From Candidatus Levyibacteriota bacterium (lineage in GTDB: Bacteria; Patescibacteriota; Microgenomatia; Levybacterales; UBA12049), in contig JBBSGK010000006.1 of the NCBI GenBank assembly GCA_038254115.1, forward strand, positions 1-54,353: a stretch of DNA of 54,353 nucleotides, written 5' to 3'. Made by a program: the position numbers and the translations under genes. A model generated the notes under the pieces. That model had not been told where the DNA came from. It made no database searches and was given only the letters and a program-made list of their open reading frames with translations. Below, one piece after another: positions 38,406-47,514 of the stretch (within the stretch, counting starts at the first letter, position 1; each line of letters begins with the position of its first letter).

Positions 38406-39761
38406 ATGGCAAGACTACCGCAACCGGGAGGAGATACTGGAAACTGGGGAGAAATTTTAAACGACTATTTATCAGTCGCGCATAATCCTGACGGTTCACA
38501 CAAAAGCGGGAATGGGACAACTGTTGTTAACGTCGCATCCTCCGGCACCGCTCAGGTTCTTGACCTCTCAGCAGGGGATATTTTTGAAATAACTCTCACT
38601 GCCAATTGCAGCATTTCCCTTCTTCATCCCCCCACAGTCGGATCATTTGACGTTATTCTCCATCAGGACGGAGTAGGAGGACGGAATGTTACCTGGTCGT
38701 TCCCTGCGTCCTGGCCTGGCAATTCCGCTCCTAACCTGGCTACCGGAGTACGGCTGAGCGCTCAATTAACTTTTATAACCACTAATGGCGGCGCATCCTG
38801 GCTTCCTGTTGTTGTCAGAGATAACTTAGGTTCTGTAGGTACCATACCCGGTGCTCCAGTCATCGGGATAGCATCCCCTATTCCCAATGGAGCATTTGCA
38901 AGGTGGAGTCCCCCTTCAAGCGCGGGCGGCAGCCCGATTACAGGATATGTGGTAACGCCTACCAAAAACGGGACAGATCAAACACCAATTCAAGTGGGCA
39001 ATACCACAAGTGCGACAGTCGGAGGCTATACTACCAATGATTCTCTGACATTTAAAGTAGCCGCAATCAACCAAACGGGTACCGGACCCCAATCCTCAGT
39101 ATCTAACCCTGTAACAGTTAACTTCAGCCCCTTGGTGGTGGCCAACTGCTTCTATGCGCTTGATGCTTCCGCGCTCTCAGGCTACAGCGATGGTGACCTG
39201 ATATCGGCCGGCACAGATCTCTCGGGAGCGGGAAATACGACGACAGCCACAGGAGCAGCCCGACCGACTTTCAAAACCAATCAACAGAACGGCCTGCCTG
39301 CTATCCGCTTCAGCAATGTTACGACCAGGCTCAAAGCAACCCTCCCTTCTTTCAGACACCTGCCGGTTACATGGTTTGCTGTTATGAAGATAACCCCCAA
39401 TGGCGGAGACCGCATTCTTGATGGAAATACTCCATTTGAAGTTGGTCTGCGTCAGGGAGGAACACCCAATTTAAACATGATAGTTTATAGCAATAGCGGT
39501 TTTGCGGGACCGCCTGTTGACGCAAATCCAACAGCTACCCATCTATATGAGATGTACTTTGATGGATCAAATTCATCCATTGTCGTAGATGGCGTTGTTA
39601 AAGCAACAGGGTCGGTAATGGGTGATGCCAATCAGCAGGGAATTTCCATAGGAGAGTCGCCCTTTGACTTGTTTGAACTTTATGAATTTCAGTCACACGT
39701 CAGCACGTCTGATGCGGCCCAAATCCGTGCGTACCTGAAGTCCAAGTGGAGGACTCCTTGA
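38406..39761 (+). CDS. RLP-tagged protein with fibronectin type III and lectin/LamG-like domains
   Basis: PGAP...WSPP..GGSPITGYVV...FKVAAINQTGTG (FN3); C-terminal beta-sandwich ending YLKSKW; no signal peptide. Confidence 0.8.
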   Translation: MARLPQPGGDTGNWGEILNDYLSVAHNPDGSHKSGNGTTVVNVASSGTAQVLDLSAGDIFEITLTANCSISLLHPPTVGSFDVILHQDGVGGRNVTWSFPASWPGNSAPNLATGVRLSAQLTFITTNGGASWLPVVVRDNLGSVGTIPGAPVIGIASPIPNGAFARWSPPSSAGGSPITGYVVTPTKNGTDQTPIQVGNTTSATVGGYTTNDSLTFKVAAINQTGTGPQSSVSNPVTVNFSPLVVANCFYALDASALSGYSDGDLISAGTDLSGAGNTTTATGAARPTFKTNQQNGLPAIRFSNVTTRLKATLPSFRHLPVTWFAVMKITPNGGDRILDGNTPFEVGLRQGGTPNLNMIVYSNSGFAGPPVDANPTATHLYEMYFDGSNSSIVVDGVVKATGSVMGDANQQGISIGESPFDLFELYEFQSHVSTSDAAQIRAYLKSKWRTP

Positions 39762-42526
39762 TGGCTGCCGGCAAACCTTCTTTCACTATCACAGCCCGCG
39801 TAGTCAGTATTGACGGAGCGCCACCTACCCTTGGACATAGTTTCAAATTTTGGATATCGTACTTTGGGTACATAGACCCCAGCGCCGCACAGACTCCCGT
39901 ACAATTTGTGCTGGGCGGGAATGAAACTAATCCGATTGTGGTTAATCCGTCAACTATCGCTACTATTGATGCCCAATATTCGGGCAGCCTCGATAATTCT
40001 TTTACTAACCTTTGGCAATCCCTTATGTGCGGTTTGATATGCAGGCCTACCCAGGATTGGCAAGATACATTGGAAATTGCCGGGACTATCCATGTCGATG
40101 AAACCAACGAAAATCTGCCGTATACAGCTCGGTTATTCAAGTCTCTGCAAATATATGGTCCTACCAACGCGACGTTTATGGGACTTATGTGTTTTAGGTT
40201 GTTAGCTAACGGACAATTTCCGACATCCGCAACTGATCCCAACGGTATTCCTCACGTCTGGCCCCAAGCCCGATTCTTGCAGCGCTATATGGATCGTATA
40301 AACCAAGTAAATCCTAATCCCCCACCCCGTCCACGGCGTATTCAGATCTTCCAAAACGGTAATCCTGGTGATAACGACCGCAACTCGTGGAAAATATATT
40401 ACGACATACTCCGCCACCTGGGCACAACAACCACTCAAGCCGCTAACTTGCCTTGGGCGCCCGCCGAAATATCGCGGGCTTCGGATATCCACAAATTCTC
40501 CATTGGTCTTTATAATCCGCCTGGCTACATGTTTCCTTTTTCGCCAGGCAATCCTGGCGGCTCGTCACCCCAGGTTCCCGATGCTGCCGGAATAGCCGCT
40601 TGGGCGCAGTCTCAGGTTGATAAATTTGTAGCGGCCGGCTACACCAATCTTAGCCAGCTAACTCATATTAAAATTGCCGATGAGCCCAGCGAATATCAAA
40701 ATGATACTTTACGGGCGGTTAACGAAACCTGGACTGCCGGCGGATTTACCTCTAATAAAATGCGTGATGAGGCCACCCGTCAGACCTTTCTGACCAAGTT
40801 TCGCGATTACCTGGCCGCCCAGGGACTTACTCCGGCCCAAGTGGGATACGGGTCATTTGCAGCTGTACCCGGACCGGTTGGCAGAGGCAAAGAAAAAGGT
40901 ACACTTGTGGAACGCACCCTCTATTACTGGTCTATGAGATGGTTCTCGTATTTGGCGGCCAGATTGTACGCCGATGCCGCCGATGCTCTCAGACTAAAAA
41001 TTCCCGACATCCAGCCTACCCTAAGTCTCAATAGCTACAGCGGCATGATGTGGAAAGGCCTGGCTTTTGATCCTGCCAGCCATATTACATCACCCGACGA
41101 CGGCCAGATGGGCCACGACTGGCACGAACTTGGGCGGCTGGGCGGATTGATTGGGGTTGACGATTATATCTATGAATTCGTGATCTCCAACAATGCACTG
41201 CGGACATTTTCAAGCGTGCGCGATTACCCGAGTGGCAAAATGGCTGTCAACGAAGTAACAGTGGCAAAAGTCGGCACTGTAAAGGGCGCATTGCTCAAAA
41301 AAACATTGGTCAACGTTGGCCGTGGCGGCAGCATAATACCGATGTACCACTTTGGACCGGCCAATGTTTTTAAAGATGGTGTCGGTGCCGAAGACCTGAT
41401 TAGTGGTCCGTACGCCGTGGCAGATTATCATCGGTTATCCAAATGGCTTTATGAAACAGAAGACGACTTGCTAGCCGGTACGCCACCTTCTCCCCAAGTG
41501 GCGGTGGTGGCGCCCCGATCCACCCAAATGTTTAATAATTCAGTTCAAGTCAATGACTCCACTCAAGGCAATTGGTGGACTGGTACTATGGATTATTTTT
41601 GTGAAGCTTTGTCGCTGGTAACCGCCCTCACGCATGCTAATATCGAAAGTGATTGGATTGAAGAAGATAACTTAGGCAATGCCGCCCGGCTGGCCACCTA
41701 TAAGGTTATATACCTGACCGCGCCCTGTATTCCCGCCGAATATCAACCTACTTTGTCGGCCTGGGTTTCAGCTGGGGGTACGCTGGTAACTTTTCCGGGA
41801 GCTGGCGCTTATGACCGCTACAACAGCCCCACGACAGGCATAACGGCTATTGGAGGCTTAACCGAATCGGCGCATACCCGTCAGCCCCAAGGCAACTTAG
41901 CTACCACACCAATATCATTTCCAATTAGGGGCAACCAAGGTGGTTATGGAACAGCCTATCCAACTCCTGAGACTTGGCGAACAACCGTAGGGGCAAATGG
42001 AGGTGCCGTAGAGGCAACATTTGTAGATAACGGTAATCCGGCTGTTGTCACAAAAACTGTCGGATCCGGAAGGCGCGTGCATTTTGCCTATTTTATGGCT
42101 CAAACATACTTTCAAGGCGGTATTGGCGCGGATTCACCACAACGCCCTCCCACAAACCGCTGGAGCTTAGCTCTGCGCAAATACTTAACCCATCCCTTAA
42201 CGCTGGCAGGAGTTGTCCCTCCGGTCACTATCGACCAACCGCTGGTTGAAGGGCTGTTATTAAAATCCAGGACCTCCACGGTCGTAACCTTGCTAAACTG
42301 GCGTGCCGAGCCCGTGACTATTTCCGGCACCATCCGCGGCGACTTTGCCGGCACACGCCTTGAGGGACGAAATGGTGATATACCCTGCTCTTTCTCAGGA
42401 GGAACTGTAACCTTTGGCCCAATGGAGCTTGATGACTGTGATATTTTGGTTGTCAAACATGATGCCAGCACGCCAAAAACAGTCCGTGACTCACATGTAT
42501 TGAAAATCTTAAGAGGAGCTATTTAG
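39761..42526 (+). CDS. Large glycoside hydrolase-like protein with GH42-type trimerisation domain
   Basis: IADEP putative acid/base; LATYKVIYL...WVSAGGTLV; start ATG overlaps the upstream stop (TGATG). Confidence 0.65.
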   Translation: MAAGKPSFTITARVVSIDGAPPTLGHSFKFWISYFGYIDPSAAQTPVQFVLGGNETNPIVVNPSTIATIDAQYSGSLDNSFTNLWQSLMCGLICRPTQDWQDTLEIAGTIHVDETNENLPYTARLFKSLQIYGPTNATFMGLMCFRLLANGQFPTSATDPNGIPHVWPQARFLQRYMDRINQVNPNPPPRPRRIQIFQNGNPGDNDRNSWKIYYDILRHLGTTTTQAANLPWAPAEISRASDIHKFSIGLYNPPGYMFPFSPGNPGGSSPQVPDAAGIAAWAQSQVDKFVAAGYTNLSQLTHIKIADEPSEYQNDTLRAVNETWTAGGFTSNKMRDEATRQTFLTKFRDYLAAQGLTPAQVGYGSFAAVPGPVGRGKEKGTLVERTLYYWSMRWFSYLAARLYADAADALRLKIPDIQPTLSLNSYSGMMWKGLAFDPASHITSPDDGQMGHDWHELGRLGGLIGVDDYIYEFVISNNALRTFSSVRDYPSGKMAVNEVTVAKVGTVKGALLKKTLVNVGRGGSIIPMYHFGPANVFKDGVGAEDLISGPYAVADYHRLSKWLYETEDDLLAGTPPSPQVAVVAPRSTQMFNNSVQVNDSTQGNWWTGTMDYFCEALSLVTALTHANIESDWIEEDNLGNAARLATYKVIYLTAPCIPAEYQPTLSAWVSAGGTLVTFPGAGAYDRYNSPTTGITAIGGLTESAHTRQPQGNLATTPISFPIRGNQGGYGTAYPTPETWRTTVGANGGAVEATFVDNGNPAVVTKTVGSGRRVHFAYFMAQTYFQGGIGADSPQRPPTNRWSLALRKYLTHPLTLAGVVPPVTIDQPLVEGLLLKSRTSTVVTLLNWRAEPVTISGTIRGDFAGTRLEGRNGDIPCSFSGGTVTFGPMELDDCDILVVKHDASTPKTVRDSHVLKILRGAI

Positions 42527-42546
42527 AAATTTCTTCAAATATAAAA

Positions 42547-44148
42547 CTACTGCCCATGGATGTTTGTTAATTCTCTGAGGAACAAATTGTAGTCAAATTG
42601 ATTAACCGATCCGTCATCTGTTATATCAGCTGAGAGTTTCTTTGCCGGATCTGAACAATTCTGAGCGGGCAAAGTATCGCTATAGCAGTCAGCCAATGTG
42701 TTGTAATCCAATATATCTATTTTGTTATCATTATTCATATCCCCTGAGGTAAGAGTCATTTGCGGCAATATATTTATTTGTCCTTGGGTGAATGATTGGA
42801 TACCCGGACCAAGAGCCTTAAGAAACTGATCGGCCTTAACTTTGACAGTATAAGCTCCTGTTGGGACTTCAGTACCCAAATCAACATCTCCTTTAAAGTT
42901 TCCTACTGAAGAATCAAAATTCACAGTTCCCTCTTTCGTCAAAACCAATTTATTCTGGCTATCAAGTACTTCAATCGCAACGCTTCTTTGCGATCTGCGT
43001 GGAGCTGCTGTTCCTCCGCCATTTGGATTGGCGCTGTCCCCGCCTTTTCCCAGACCATGAAGAAGAAGGTTCAGGGAAATAGAAGTTGAGACAACCGGCG
43101 CGCCGGCTAGTTGCACCTTCTGCCATTTGGATGCATTTTGAAACTCGGTTGTGATAGACGGATACATTACGGATTTACTACCAGATGCATCGCTGTCATC
43201 CAGGGCAAATCCCAATCCAAGCGTTGTTCCCGCAACAGGAGCGCTGCTTAATCCCATTGTGATCCATGGAATACGCACTTCGACGGTGTAATTGCTTGCG
43301 CTTTTTAATACAGCTGACTGCCAATTTCCATTCCAGGAAATATCGGGCTCGTTATTTGCTGATCCTCTTGCATCAAATTGAGTGTTCAATGTATTTACAA
43401 TTCCTTGATAGTCTCCCGGAGACATGCCATTGCCGCCATTATTTTGTGTATCAACAAACCATTCAACTGCGTCATCTTCCCAGACATTTCCATCCCTTGT
43501 TGTTATCTGAGACTGCACTTGGTCATCTTGCACAATATACGCTAGATACAAATTAGCGTCATCCCACATTGCTTTAACGACTATGTTATTGTTGGTAGGA
43601 CTGCCAAAGGCTATATTTTTGGCTGATGAAAACTCCTGGGGATTTCCATCAATAGTCGGCGCAAGTTGCGCTTTAACTATTGAAAAACCGGCTGGTGTAA
43701 CAGGAGACGTAGGTGTTGGTGTATGAATGACTACCGTAGGACTCGGGACAGGTGTAGTCGTAGGCGTAGGAATAGATGTCGGTGTAAGAGTGACAATTGC
43801 TGGAGTAGGAGTAACAACCGGAGTAGTCAGAGCAGTTGCAGGAGCAACTGTAGGCGCAGAAGTTGAGGCGGGCAATGCCGTAGGGGGTGGCACTTGCGAA
43901 ACAATAAGAGTCGGGGTGATAACTGCTGCTGCGACACTTCCATATATTCCTTCTCCAAAATTTCCAAAGCCGTATGAGCCTGTTGTAGTTGCCGCGTGCT
44001 GGCGAAATATTTGAGGGAACTGAAGGACAATAATAGTTATTGGAATAATTACCAATATTAGAAAAGTAGATAATCCTCGTCTGGATTTTGGGGCTAAAGA
44101 ACGGAGTTTGTAAAAGGCAGCGCTAAAAAAATATTTTAAACTGTTCAT
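42547..44148 (-). CDS. Surface protein: TM anchor, YG motif, P/T linker, CBM9-like sugar-binding domain, dockerin-like C-terminus
   Basis: APTIDG..WDDANLYLA..DAVEWFVD..YTVEVRIPW; GDMNNDNKIDILDY and DITDDGSVNQFDY. Confidence 0.82.
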   Translation of the reverse strand: MNSLKYFFSAAFYKLRSLAPKSRRGLSTFLILVIIPITIIVLQFPQIFRQHAATTTGSYGFGNFGEGIYGSVAAAVITPTLIVSQVPPPTALPASTSAPTVAPATALTTPVVTPTPAIVTLTPTSIPTPTTTPVPSPTVVIHTPTPTSPVTPAGFSIVKAQLAPTIDGNPQEFSSAKNIAFGSPTNNNIVVKAMWDDANLYLAYIVQDDQVQSQITTRDGNVWEDDAVEWFVDTQNNGGNGMSPGDYQGIVNTLNTQFDARGSANNEPDISWNGNWQSAVLKSASNYTVEVRIPWITMGLSSAPVAGTTLGLGFALDDSDASGSKSVMYPSITTEFQNASKWQKVQLAGAPVVSTSISLNLLLHGLGKGGDSANPNGGGTAAPRRSQRSVAIEVLDSQNKLVLTKEGTVNFDSSVGNFKGDVDLGTEVPTGAYTVKVKADQFLKALGPGIQSFTQGQINILPQMTLTSGDMNNDNKIDILDYNTLADCYSDTLPAQNCSDPAKKLSADITDDGSVNQFDYNLFLRELTNIHGQ

Positions 44149-44153
44149 AATTT

Positions 44154-44345
44154 CTACTTGCCATATGACCCGGATCCAAAACCTTTCGTCTCATTGGATC
44201 GCATGCGTAAAGTGCTGGAATCAGAAAGTTTTCTTAGTGTTTCCGAAATTCCTGTAATTGTCAAAAGGCCTAGGCCGAGATAAAGCAAAAATTGCTTTCT
44301 ACTCATACTTTTTGCTAATAGCTGATTTAGGTTATTTTTGCGCAT
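44154..44345 (-). CDS. Mini twin-arginine-like signal protein (63 aa)
   Basis: MSRKQFL, hydrophobic helix, tail GFGSGSYGK; start overlaps the tatC 3' end. Confidence 0.85.
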   Translation of the reverse strand: MRKNNLNQLLAKSMSRKQFLLYLGLGLLTITGISETLRKLSDSSTLRMRSNETKGFGSGSYGK

Positions 44346-45057
44346 AGGCAGGTTTTGGGTTAAGAGCAATAATGCCTATGGTTATCGTGTATAACAAAAT
44401 TATCGGCATGGCCATGATTGTCTGGTTTATGGGATCACCTGTCGGTGTAAGAATAGCCGCCACAATAAAGCTGATGAGTACAACATAGCGCAAATATTTA
44501 ATAAGCTTTTTTGGTTTAAGAGGTGTAATCTTATGAATCAGAAGCATTATTATAGGAAGCTGGAAAAGTAATCCAAATCCCCCCATATACGCGAGCACAA
44601 AAGACATATAATCTTTTGTGGATATCAAAGCTTTCACCTGATCTGTGCTAAATTCGGAGAGCAATCTAAGCGCTGACGGGAGACTGAGATAGTAAGCTGT
44701 TGCCAGCCCCATCAAGAGAAGTACCCAAGAACCCACGAGAAATTTCTCCAGCATACCGTTGAAATTTTGAGGAATAGCCGGTTCAATAAATTTAAGGACT
44801 TGATAAACAACAATTGGAAAAGAAACAAGTGTGCCAAAAAGGAAGGATATTTTGAAAACCAGATCAAACCCTCCCGTTGGAGATGTGTAATACAATGATT
44901 CATGAAGAGGAAGTGTTAGGAATTTTATAATCGAGTCACGCATGAAATAACCGAGTCCAGCTCCCACACCGATGCTTAAGGCTGAATATACCAAACGGGT
45001 TTTAAGCTCTGCAAGATGCTCTGCAAATTTTTTTTCTGAATGGGCAACTGTATTCAT
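44332..45057 (-). CDS. tatC: Twin-arginine translocase subunit TatC
   Basis: EHLAELKTRL, FGLLFQLP, AAILTPTGDP; six TM segments. Confidence 0.95.
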   Translation of the reverse strand: MNTVAHSEKKFAEHLAELKTRLVYSALSIGVGAGLGYFMRDSIIKFLTLPLHESLYYTSPTGGFDLVFKISFLFGTLVSFPIVVYQVLKFIEPAIPQNFNGMLEKFLVGSWVLLLMGLATAYYLSLPSALRLLSEFSTDQVKALISTKDYMSFVLAYMGGFGLLFQLPIIMLLIHKITPLKPKKLIKYLRYVVLISFIVAAILTPTGDPINQTIMAMPIILLYTITIGIIALNPKPAYAQK

Positions 45058-45063
45058 AGATCA

Positions 45064-45249
45064 TCAGGATTTGGAAGATTTTTTACTTTTTCCTTTTCCC
45101 TTTTCATCTATCTCTCCTGTGAAACCTTTTCGGATTTCCCGTATTCCCTCACCTATACTTCGTGAAAGTTCAGGAAGCTTCTTGCCGCCAAACAACAAGA
45201 GAATTATAACCAATATTACGATAAGTTCTTCAAAGCCTAAGCCGAACAT
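45064..45249 (-). CDS. tatA: Twin-arginine translocase subunit TatA
   Basis: MFGLGFEELIVILVIILLLFGGKKLPEL; GGAGG SD upstream of ATG 45249. Confidence 0.96.
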   Translation of the reverse strand: MFGLGFEELIVILVIILLLFGGKKLPELSRSIGEGIREIRKGFTGEIDEKGKGKSKKSSKS

Positions 45250-45307
45250 ATAAAAACCTCCTTCCATTAAAAGTATATATAGTTAAGGGGTTAGAATGCA
45301 AGTATGA

Positions 45308-45802
45308 TTATCTTGTAAGGGTCAAAAACTTATATTTATATCCATCCGCTTCTCTTTTCTCCTCAGAAATTACTTTTTTAAAATCCGGATAGTCTGGAAA
45401 AAATATATCAGCGTCGTAATCCCCTTCTGCGATAGTCAGATAGAGTCTATCGACCAAACCTTTCTCAATTGCCTGTTTGAATATTTCCCCTCCTCCGAAA
45501 ATAAATATCTCTTCGGCTCCGTGACTTTTTTTTGCTATTTCAATCCCATCTTCTATCGAGGTGACAATTGCATCCGGATGATAAGGAAGCTTCTCGAGTT
45601 TTTGTGAATCACGTGTAATAACAATATGGGTTCTGTTTGGAAGAAGTCTCCCTAAAGATTCAAATGTTTTACGCCCCATTACAAGAGGATGCCCCGTTGT
45701 AATTTCCCGTAAACGCTTCATGTCTTCAGGAATTTTAAATAGAAGATCATTATTCTTCCCCAATCCATTTTTCTCATCAACCGCCGCGATAATACTTATC
45801 AT
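45308..45802 (-). CDS. folA: Dihydrofolate reductase
   Basis: IIAAV, MGRKTFESL, LPNR, FGGGEI. Confidence 0.97.
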   Translation of the reverse strand: MISIIAAVDEKNGLGKNNDLLFKIPEDMKRLREITTGHPLVMGRKTFESLGRLLPNRTHIVITRDSQKLEKLPYHPDAIVTSIEDGIEIAKKSHGAEEIFIFGGGEIFKQAIEKGLVDRLYLTIAEGDYDADIFFPDYPDFKKVISEEKREADGYKYKFLTLTR

Positions 45803-46791
45803 TTCTTTTTATTTCCTCCTCGCTCAGAAACTGCCGAACCGTCATAAAATCCCCCTGCAACAGTTAATTCTGCCTTGATGGGAGGATGGGGATCATAATT
45901 TTCAAGAGTCACCCTATCAGGCCTGAAATCATCTAAACTTTTAAACTTCCCAAGCTTGATAGTCGGAAATAGGCGGGGTTTTCTTTTAAGTTGCTCATTT
46001 ACCTGATCAATATGATTTTCATAAATATGAACATCCCCAAAAGTGTGGACAAATTCTCCCGGTTTGTACCCCAAAATTTTGGCAAGAATTATAGTCAGAA
46101 GCGCATAGCTCGCTATATTAAATGGTACACCCAGGAAAACATCGGCGCTTCTCTGATAAAGCTGCAGATTTAATTTGTTATTTTTGATATTGACCTGATA
46201 CATATTGTGGCAAATCGGAAAATAAGAAGTATCCTCTTTCTGAGCCATTGTATAAAGATATTCAGGATTCCAGGAATTTACAATAGTATTATGAGCATAA
46301 GGATCTTCTTTCAGTTCTTTTATTACCCAAGCAAGCTGGTCAATTGTTCTGCCTGATTTGGTAGGCCAGCGTCTCCAAAGTTCCCCATAGATTCTGGGCA
46401 GATTCCCCCATTCAGTTGCAAATCTCGCATCACTCGCAATCTTTTCAATAAAATCATTCTTTTCTAAGGGGCTCTTTAATCTTAAATCTTTAATCTTATT
46501 TCTGTATATCTTAAAAGGATAATCATCCCAGATATGCACATTATTATCGACCAGATATTTGATGTTGGAGTCCCCTGACATGAACCAGTAAAGCTCATGC
46601 AGAACACCTTTCCAGTAAACTTTTTTTGTGGTGAGGAGAGGAAATCCATCTGACAGATCAAATCTTATCTGTCTTCCAAAAACACCGTATGATTTGACAC
46701 CGGTCCCCCGGTCGTGATTCTCATCCCCATTTTTCAAGATGTCTTTGAGAAGGTCTAAATATTGCTGTTCGGGGTGTTTTTTCTTACTCAT
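45799..46791 (-). CDS. thyA: Thymidylate synthase
   Basis: DRGTG, FPLLTTK, PICH, YQRSADVFLGVPFN, DVHIY. Confidence 0.97.
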   Translation of the reverse strand: MSKKKHPEQQYLDLLKDILKNGDENHDRGTGVKSYGVFGRQIRFDLSDGFPLLTTKKVYWKGVLHELYWFMSGDSNIKYLVDNNVHIWDDYPFKIYRNKIKDLRLKSPLEKNDFIEKIASDARFATEWGNLPRIYGELWRRWPTKSGRTIDQLAWVIKELKEDPYAHNTIVNSWNPEYLYTMAQKEDTSYFPICHNMYQVNIKNNKLNLQLYQRSADVFLGVPFNIASYALLTIILAKILGYKPGEFVHTFGDVHIYENHIDQVNEQLKRKPRLFPTIKLGKFKSLDDFRPDRVTLENYDPHPPIKAELTVAGGFYDGSAVSERGGNKKK

Positions 46792-46884
46792 CTTACATGC
46801 TATTTATAAATCCTTTGGGCAAACTTTACAAGTGGTAAAACTGATAAAAATGATTTTTTTTATATATTTTGTTATAATGCCCAC

Positions 46885-47448
46885 ATGGGAAGGAGAGTTG
46901 AGGCAGCAAGAACAGTCTTTGGATTAGCCGCCATGACCGGAGAAGCAATAGGTCTAGTCGGGATGGTGCATTCCAGCCATGAAATTAAAAATCAGCGCAA
47001 AGTACCAGCTGGTATAGTGAAAGAATTAGATGTTGCTGCTTCATTAATAAATGGTGCGTCGGTTACGCTTCATGACCCCAAAAGTGGTAAGTCCTTGGTT
47101 GAAGCTCATTTTGGTCCTAATAAAGAATTTACGATAATAGCTTTAAAACATGCAGAAGAAAAGATTGAAAAAGCAGGCGGAGACATTGCGTCTGTAGAAG
47201 AATTAATATCTGAGACCTCACAACCGGACTCCACTCCAAGTGATATATATGACCATGTCCGAGCTGCAGAAAACCCTTTTAAGGAAAAAATCGATAGATT
47301 AGATAAAAAAATGGGGGACAATGAAAATAGAGGACTTGTCTTACTTATGGGTGAAAGTGCAACAATAAGTAGGTTTAGGGATAGAATTACACGCAATCGA
47401 AATAAAAGGAGAGAAAATCGCCGAAGACGACTTAGTCTTGCTAGCTAA
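46885..47448 (+). CDS. Hypothetical protein
   Basis: 187-aa ORF with TGnTATAAT a few nt upstream of ATG. Confidence 0.65.
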   Translation: MGRRVEAARTVFGLAAMTGEAIGLVGMVHSSHEIKNQRKVPAGIVKELDVAASLINGASVTLHDPKSGKSLVEAHFGPNKEFTIIALKHAEEKIEKAGGDIASVEELISETSQPDSTPSDIYDHVRAAENPFKEKIDRLDKKMGDNENRGLVLLMGESATISRFRDRITRNRNKRRENRRRRLSLAS

Positions 47449-47492
47449 ACCTGCTTCTCTTTCTTCGTAGTAGTAACTCTCCCCCCTTGCCA
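47445..47492 (-). repeat. Orphan copy of the last 48 nt of the dut/dcd-like gene (49456-49503)
   Basis: 45/48 identical; both copies encode WQGGRVTTTKKEKQV*. Confidence 0.92.
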
Positions 47493-47514
47493 CAAAAATA
47501 ATTCGTGAGACAAT

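Larger units (their letters stand above)
36893..45307. mobile_element. Integrase-free genomic island (tatAC, mini twin-arginine proteins, glycan-active proteins) bounded by duplicated folA 3' end
   Basis: Flanking direct repeats; interrupts folA-glyA; central genes visibly GC-richer than the flanks. Confidence 0.75.

Noticed and set aside
37959-39761. Prophage tail genes
   Set aside because: The domain resembles tail-fibre-associated modules, but no terminase, capsid, portal or integrase is nearby.
39700-40242. 180-aa antisense ORF and other shadow ORFs (e.g. 30658-31098, 47958-48380, 48898-49359)
   Set aside because: They overlap better-supported genes and have no motifs; expected by chance, especially in GC-richer DNA.
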